Positions 56,215 through 64,000 of a stretch of DNA of 64,000 bases are shown here, piece by piece. The position numbers and the translations under genes are program-made. The DNA comes from Octopus vulgaris (Eukaryota): positions 65,038,001 to 65,102,000 of the forward strand of contig OX597833.1 of assembly GCA_951406725.2 (NCBI GenBank), read 5' to 3'. The first letter of the stretch is position 1. Each line of letters opens with the position of its first letter. Below the pieces are notes generated by a model. That model saw only the letters and a program-made list of their open reading frames with translations. It was not told the origin of the DNA and searched no databases.

Positions 56215-57470
56215 ATAATGCAATTATTGTGTATAGTGCTCAGGTACACTACAACTCATCAAAAGTGTGTGTAGAGTACATAGAATTATGTACAAAGGTT
56301 AAGAAAGTGAACAGTGTATGAGTCACGATATACTTGTGCATGCGTATGGAGGGTGTGGTGGTTATCAAGTGTAGTGATGGCGAATTTTGGGAAGCATTGA
56401 GGTTTTAAAGGATGCAATGGCCTGGCAACTAACAACTGATACAGGTAGTGTGAAAAAAAATGCTTCCGAAAGTCAAGGGACCTGTGCTGTTTTCTGGCTT
56501 TGTAGGCATGCTCACGAATATTAGACACATGGAGCACAAAAAGTTGCTTAAGGTTGTTGTTGGCACAATGGTTAATAATTAATTTCGGAGGTGTTTACGA
56601 AATCAGTTTCCAGATGTCGAAGCTTCAATGTATCTATGCCCAGTGAAGCAAGACATTCAGAGCATCGTAGATACCTGATAGATGATATCCGATTGGTTGC
56701 ACGCCTCTGACCAGTTTCCATGAGGTCAATGTCCTGAGCAAGATAGGGGCTTCCAGACTGGTAATGTAAATTCCAAGTGTGGCCGCACCATAACCATATC
56801 CAACCTTAAATAGATAGCTAGAGAGCAGCCGACAAAGGTCTTGCCGAGTGATGCCATGACACCATTGAACTTCTTGACAATTTTAGAGATGTGCTTTTTC
56901 CAGCGCAAATCGCTGCTGACAATAATGCCCAGGGCTGGTTCACATGAAGACTTCTTGATATTAGTGTCATGGAGATACTATCTGGACGCTGGGTTCTTTC
57001 AGCTAAAACGCAGATACCGGGTGGTATCTTAAAGAAACTCGATAAGTTGATCACAACGCCTAGAAATAGGGATAAATCCTAATTGCGAGAGTCAGATAAG
57101 GCTGTGATAATTCTAGAAGTTCCAGAGAGTTTCTGTGACACAGGATTGCATTAGTTTAGCAATGCATCTAGTAAGACTGACTGGTCGATAGTTGACAAGT
57201 GACGCGCAATCACCCCTTTTGAACAGAGGAATGACACTGGTACTTTTCCACTGCTCCGGATTAGCACCATTGTTAAGACAGAACTGAAAGAAGCGTGAAA
57301 GCTGGTGCAGAAGAAAGTACCCACCACATTTGAGAAGCAGGAATGCGACACCATCAACACCAGGAGAGGCGCAGTTGCGCTTATTCTTAAGGTGACGTCG
57401 CAACATTGCAGGTGAAAATTCCATACTTATTATGGCATTTGCAGTCAGACGTGGTGGAGATGGTACAGTA
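56215..57470 (-). mobile_element. CR1-group LINE, 5'-truncated, internally deleted RT pseudo-ORF
   Basis: SPGVDG..LLK...PEQWKSTSVIPLFKRGD...NYRPVSLT.CIAKLM (RT start); WKKHISKIVKK...MVRPHLEF...VW (thumb); REHAYK...LDFRKHFFS (CR1 C-terminus); catalytic core missing. Confidence 0.9.
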
Positions 57471-57757
57471 AAAATGCAAGAATAGCTTTATACATTTTTA
57501 TATCCCGGCATTTGTTATATTTATACCTGTACATTTTTACCTTATATTTCATACATTACGTTTCATATACATTTTTACTATTCGTACACAATTAAATTTT
57601 AATTTCGTGCGTCATATACATTTACAATGGGTCTCCTGGGTTCGTTTCCCGGATAGAAGTTAGTATTTTCAATGTTCTACCATCTTTTCGCGTTTTCTTT
57701 TTTTCTTTCATGTCCCTTGCCATATCTAAAGTTCTTAGTTCAGCACGAAGAGTGGTC

Positions 57758-57811
57758 TGCGCCTGAAGAACAAGTTTGAATTTTCAAATACGTGAAACTA
57801 TCAGTAGCACC
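57758..57811 (+). ncRNA. Hammerhead-like motif
   Basis: gc-CTGAAGA-acaag-tttgaa-tt-ttcaaa-tacgt-GAAA-ct-atc-ag-TA-gc. Confidence 0.55.
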
Positions 57812-57960
57812 CGAAGACATGTATTGTCACCCTTGAACAAGATTATTTGACTCTCATCAGATGGTGTGCTCTCTTTGTTGAATTATACAACGTATCAAGA
57901 CATTATACATACACACACACACACATACACACACATATATATATATATATATACATATAT

Positions 57961-58160
57961 AGTGAATCCAAACAAAGAAGAACAAACAAGAACAAACAAC
58001 AACGCGAGGACGTGGTGCAAGTACTATGTTATCAGATGCTCAGAAAAGGAAAGAAAGAGTATTTAACGTTTCGAGCAAATCTCTTCTTCGGAAATAGAGG
58101 AAAGACCAAAAGAAGGGAAGACGGAGGAAGAAAATCGCCAACGATACACACGTCGGCACA
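57961..58160 (-). mobile_element. Family E element with hammerhead-like motif at 58061-58095
   Basis: Minus strand attt-CCGAAGA-a-gaga-ttt-gctc-GAAA-cg-TT-aaat. Confidence 0.78.
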
Positions 58161-58450
58161 TTATATACATACACATACGCATCTCTCTATCTATCTCTCT
58201 CTCTATCTATCTATCTGTCTATCTATCTATCTATCTATCTATCTATCGATCGATCGATCGATCTGTCTATCCACCCAAGCATCGTAGAAGGTGGTTGGCT
58301 GTGCCACATCAACCAATGAATAGACAGGGTAAAAAATGGTGGCAATCATAAAATTCGGTGATGACCGCAAATCACGTGGGGTCGCACACTTCTATTGTTT
58401 GCTTCTTTTTAATCTTTCTATATTTCTATCCTCCTCTCTCTTTTCGTCTC

Positions 58451-58485
<35 letters not shown>

Positions 58486-58489
<4 letters not shown>

Positions 58490-58568
58490 GAAAGAATGGA
58501 GTTGAACGACGATTTAACAAAATTCCTTTATTCTCGACATATCGTCGTTCAACTCCATTCTTTCATTT
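58486..58568. repeat. Perfect 28-bp inverted repeat next to (TA)n
   Basis: aaatgaaagaatggagttgaacgacgat / atcgtcgttcaactccattctttcattt with a 27-bp spacer. Confidence 0.92.
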
Positions 58569-58719
58569 ATTTGTATTAAAAAAACACACGAATTTCCACA
58601 CGAAAGCACGTGATCTCTGCCCTTGGCATGTAGCTTCAACCGTGTTTTTCTGACGTGAATTTGCTACCAAGGTATCGGTTAACCGAATTATCCATACTAA
58701 GATAATTCATCCAACTACT

Positions 58720-58801
<82 letters not shown>

Positions 58802-59431
58802 CATGCACATGTGAATGCAATATCATAGAGATATGATACACAATTGACAGGCGACAAGAATTTCGTAGATGGATGTATTAAAAACAAAAGCGCAATCCAT
58901 AACATCCTAAATGGAAAAGGAGCAAAGGTGTGATATTTGACACCTCTACATAAATGTTATCTAAAAGCTTCGTTGTAAATATTTAGTTATCTAATGGTTC
59001 GAAGATCAATATGACAGAATATCTACTACCTATGAAATCGATATTCTTTTGAGAGCAAAAATAACACTAATACAATTCTGTTGACTCCATTAATAATAAA
59101 TTAGAAATATAAATAAAAAAAAATGGCTGGCTGGCTGGCTGGCTTGCTGGTTGTTCGGTTGGCAAGAGGCAATCATATGAATATGTATGTGTATACCTCA
59201 ATTTCACTCTCTCTCCATTTAATTTCTCTTACGATACACACACGCAAACACACACACAAGCACACACACATGCATACATATATACATACCTACATAGATA
59301 TATATATATAATTATGCTGATATACATACATGCATGTGTATATACATATATATTATGCGTATACGTATATATATATATAAATATACACGCATATATATAT
59401 ATATACACACACACACACATATATATATATG

Positions 59432-59513
<82 letters not shown>

Positions 59514-59649
59514 TACATATATACATATAATACCTACACACACATACACAGCTATATGTATGTATGAGTATATATATATATATTATACATATATACATAT
59601 AATACCTACACACACATTACACAGCTATATGCGTGTATGCATGTGTATA

Positions 59650-59769
<120 letters not shown>

Positions 59770-60340
59770 ACATATTCATATAAATATATATATAAATACT
59801 CGAATACTCCTAATCTGAGTTCTAGGTTCTTGTTTGATACATCAAATATGTGTGTGTATGTGTATGCCTGTGTACGTATATATGACTGTATGTATGTATA
59901 CATACAGAGTCGATAGCCAATACATTTAAGAATGAAAGCTCTCAATTTCAGTTTGTCGTAAACGTTACGAGTTTAAAATGTTGACTTTATAATAAAACAC
60001 AGCACAGACTGTTTTACGCATCGAATAAATATATCTTGTTAACAGCAAGCTCCTCCTTTATAATTGATGTGTGTATTTGTATTCATACACGGCGTTTTAT
60101 ATATGACTGGATTAGTAGACCGTTTCACGAGCACGTCGTTACGGTTTCAATCCCCCTGTGCGGCAACATGGGCTAATTCGATTTACCTTTTTCACAAGGT
60201 TATTGACATATAGTCACGTACTCATACAGTCATATAGAGATACACTCCCCTGTGCACGCACACATACACACAACACACATATACACACACATTATTCTTT
60301 AAAGAATAATAAATATATGCATTACGTAATATTGAACATT

Positions 60341-60741
60341 CTCTTTTACTCTTTTACTTGTTTCAGTCATGTGACTGTGGCCATGCTGGAGCACCGCCTT
60401 TAGTCGATCAAATCGACCCCAGGACTTATTCTTTGTAAGCCTAGCACTTATTTTATCGGTCTCTTTTTTGCCAAATCGCTAAGTTACGAGGACGTAAACA
60501 TACCAGCATCGGTTGTCAAGCGATGTTGGGAGGACAAATACAGACACACAAACACGCACATACAAATAAATATATATACGACGGGCTTCTTTCAGTTTCC
60601 GTCTACCAAATCCACTCACAAGGCTTTGGTCGGCCCGAGGCTATAGTAGAAGACACTTGCCCAAGGTGCCACGCAGTGGGACTGAACCCGGAATCATGTG
60701 GTTCGTAAGCAAGCTACTTACCACACAGCCACTCCTACGCC
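60341..60741 (-). mobile_element. SINE family B, full length
   Basis: Reverse complement of 24685-25145. Confidence 0.93.
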
Positions 60742-60787
60742 TTCCTTCAGTTTAATGTAGATCTCTTTGTATTATAACTCCACGTAA

Positions 60788-60960
60788 GTCGACGAACTGG
60801 CAGAATCGTTAGCACCCTCAGCTGGATGCATAGCGGCATTACGTTCGTCTGTACAGTCTGTGTTGAAACGTCACCGAGGTGGACGTAGCCTTTTATCCTT
60901 TGGTGGTCGACAACACACTTGCCAGTTGGATTTGCTGGCCTTGTAACCAAAATCTGAACC
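60788..60960 (+). mobile_element. SINE family A, old diverged copy
   Basis: gaactggcagaatcgttagcac...ccgaggtggacgtagccttttatcctttggtggtcga. Confidence 0.65.
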
Positions 60961-62155
60961 GTTATCGCTCCACATACACACACATTCACAGATACACGCA
61001 CTCATATGTTCATGTGTGTGTCTGTATCTACATTTATACACACGCTAACACACATAACGCAAGAGAGACAGAGACAGGCAGCAACGCAGAAAATGCCCCT
61101 TGTATTTGAATACTATTAAAATTTTCTTTTAAAAAACTTTTCTTTTAATTTTTCTAAAATTTAATTGTTTTCCATACTTACAGTCGAAAAAGTCTCAATG
61201 TCTGAAAACCGGAACTGAAAGGTTTTTTATAAAGTTATTTTAGCATTTTGTACCTTGGCTTATATATATATATATATATGGGCGTGGGTGTGTATGAGTG
61301 CATAAGGGCATGTCCGTATATGAACGTGGTTTTTACGCTTTGTATACATCCTTTTGTTTTTTTCTGTATTGTTACCTTTAACCGTGTTTTTTCTTGTGCT
61401 TGTGCGTATATAGACGTATGTATGAACTTTTACGGTACGCGTGTGTGTGTATGAGTTTGTATATATATGCGTATACATTTGGCGAAAACTGCGAGTGAAG
61501 ATGTGTACGTTTTCATAGTGACGTATAAGTACGAACGTGGGTCCGCGAGCGCACATGTGAGCGTATGAGTAGCCATGTTTACGTGTTTACTATGAACTTT
61601 TAATCTTAATTTATATAAGTAAGCTGTTATGTAGATGTATATATATATATATGTATATATATATAATATATAAGTACGTAAGTGGATATGTAAGTAAACA
61701 AGTAAATAAGCAGATAGATAGGTACATAGGTATTACGAACAGAAAAGCTCACACACGCATACACACATACGCACATACACACATACATACACAAAAGAAA
61801 ACTGACCAGATACACACACATACATATGCACAAACATGGATATACAAACATAAAAACATGAATATGCAGAATACATACATACATACAAAGGTACACACAG
61901 GCATATATATATATGCATATATATATATATACACATGCATGCATACATACAAATACATGCGTATACACATGTACACATGCGCACAAACAAACAAACAAGC
62001 AAACAAACAAAAAGAACGCAGCTCTGATAAAGGACAGAGTCAACAAGTATTGAAGAGGTTGCAAGACGCGACGGAAATTTTAGCAGAATTAAGGAAGTAA
62101 ATGAGTGGAAATCGAACCGGTGCGTGTGTTAATTAATAAGGCATTAAAACTGAAT

Positions 62156-62465
62156 GTTTGTTCCTTCTCAAGCCTCACCTGGCTTATACGGCCGGTTTCC
62201 CGGTTTCCCGGTTTCCTTGGCGTATAGGTTCCCTAGCTGGATGGGACGCCGGTCCGTCGCGGGTGAGCTGCAAGATGCAGGAGGAAAGAGTGAAAGAAAG
62301 TCGTGGCGAAAGAGTCACCAGAAGTTCGCCATGACCTTCTGCCGGAGCCGCGTGGAGCTTAGGTGTTTTCTCTCATAAACACACACATCGCCCGGTCTGA
62401 GATTCGAAACCGCGAACCCTCGACCGCGTGTCCGCTGCTCTAACCACTAGGCCATGGGCCACCAC
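62156..62465 (-). mobile_element. SINE family C with 11-bp TSD
   Basis: TSD taaaactgaat at 62145-62155 and 62466-62476. Confidence 0.92.
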
Positions 62466-62527
62466 TAAAACTGAATCACTCTATCCAGACATAATAATAC
62501 ACACACACACACATACAAACACACACA

Positions 62528-62570
<43 letters not shown>

Positions 62571-63444
62571 TATGTGTCAACAGCCTGCGATAAGAGATTA
62601 TTTGGTCTGTCTCGCTTCGTTTTCACACGATACACAAGAATTCGGGTGGAAATATTTGATTCTTCAATTCTCTCTAGTAATTTAGAACTTACTGAAATAT
62701 CTTGTATGAACTTTATTATGGGCTGCTTCGTTACTGATCGCGACACACCATTACCAGATTACACAGCTTCCGGATTCTACACTGATAAAAATAAAATAAA
62801 AACTCGCTTGTGAATCAATATTATTTTATTACAACGGCGAGATCAGAATTTCAATGAAGTTTTATCTTCGGTTACGTCATGTTATGGTAATTTTGTATTG
62901 TATCAACAAACAGTAACAAATAGGAAAAAGTTGCTGCATAATTGTGAAACAATCTCCTCAGAATTACATCCGCAAACATTTCTATGTAATCTCTGTGAAG
63001 ATACAAGTGTGTATCTGTCTGTACGTTTTGGGGTGTTGGTGCGCGATTGTGTGAGAATACGCGTTGCTGTTCTTCCACTGTCTCTGTCTGTGTTTGCGAA
63101 TACTGGCTTAGTACCAGATTTTTTTGCATTGGGCATAGACAAAAAAATGTTGTCTTGTCTTCCATGTATATGTTATGTCTATAAATTGTAATGAATACGA
63201 GAGCAAATATAAGTATGAATGACGCAAACATATATTTATGTTTGTTGATGTATGTTTGTTTTAAACCCTTTTACTCGATTCGATAACATCAACATTCATA
63301 TTCATACTTACATGTGAGTAGGTGTGTGTGTGTGATAGTGTGTGTGTGTATTATGTATGTATGTATGTATGTGTGTGCGTTCGTGTGTGTATGTGTGTAT
63401 GCACGTTAGCATATATGAAAATGAGATTAAGAGGTTACACATGG

Positions 63445-63520
<76 letters not shown>

Positions 63521-63698
63521 ATATATATTGAAAAATTAAGGAGAGAATGGTTAGAGAATTTTCCTTCTCCATACATATGCGTATATATATTAATATATAT
63601 TTGTGTGAGTGTGTATGTGTGTGAGTGTGGGTTTATGTGTGTGTGACTGTGTGTATGTATGTTAACATATATAAAAATACGATTAATGGGCCCCACGG

Positions 63699-63740
<42 letters not shown>

Positions 63741-63742
<2 letters not shown>

Positions 63743-63931
63743 CAGGAAGGTTTACGAAAGTAAACAAAAGACGAAGGCGGGTGGAGTACAAACAAAGAAA
63801 TGTATTAATATAGCGCTCAGAAATAGAAAAAGTCGTTTACGTTTCGAGCCTACGCTCTTAGACAGAAAGATACACAGAAAAAAACAAGGAGAGAAACAAG
63901 GAGAGAACAAAATGCGTGTAGTAGCTAACGA

Positions 63932-63933
<2 letters not shown>
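63741..63933 (-). mobile_element. Family E-related element in (TA)n with degenerate hammerhead motif (63832-63870)
   Basis: Minus strand tcttt-CTGTCTA-a-gagc-gtag-gctc-GAAA-cg-TA-aacga; shares gcgctcag.aa with the other E copies. Confidence 0.65.

Positions 63934-64000
<67 letters not shown>

Overview
AT-rich, gene-poor metazoan DNA dominated by microsatellites and short retroposons. The repeat make-up (very dense TA/CA/TATG/GATA/AAT tracts plus several tRNA-headed SINE families) looks like a coleoid cephalopod (Octopus-like) genome; this is an inference, not a database match. No intact protein-coding gene is visible, and nearly all ORFs in the track are translated microsatellites. Supported features: four tRNA-headed SINE families (working names A-D), decayed LINE fragments (R4/Dong, RTE, CR1), a non-autonomous Helitron, a palindromic MITE, fold-back inverted repeats, local duplications and a 1.9 kb (TATG)n satellite with 168-bp higher-order periodicity. 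Two signals stand out. (1) SINE-A repeatedly forms head-to-tail multimers that restart at one precise internal hairpin loop, suggesting a circular-RNA or self-targeting mechanism. (2) About 11 minimal hammerhead-ribozyme-like motifs occur, six of them in one ~200-bp element family inserted in (TA)n, probably Penelope-derived. Three splice-flanked unique islands may be exons of a + strand transcript (low confidence). Coordinates were read by eye and may be off by a few bases.
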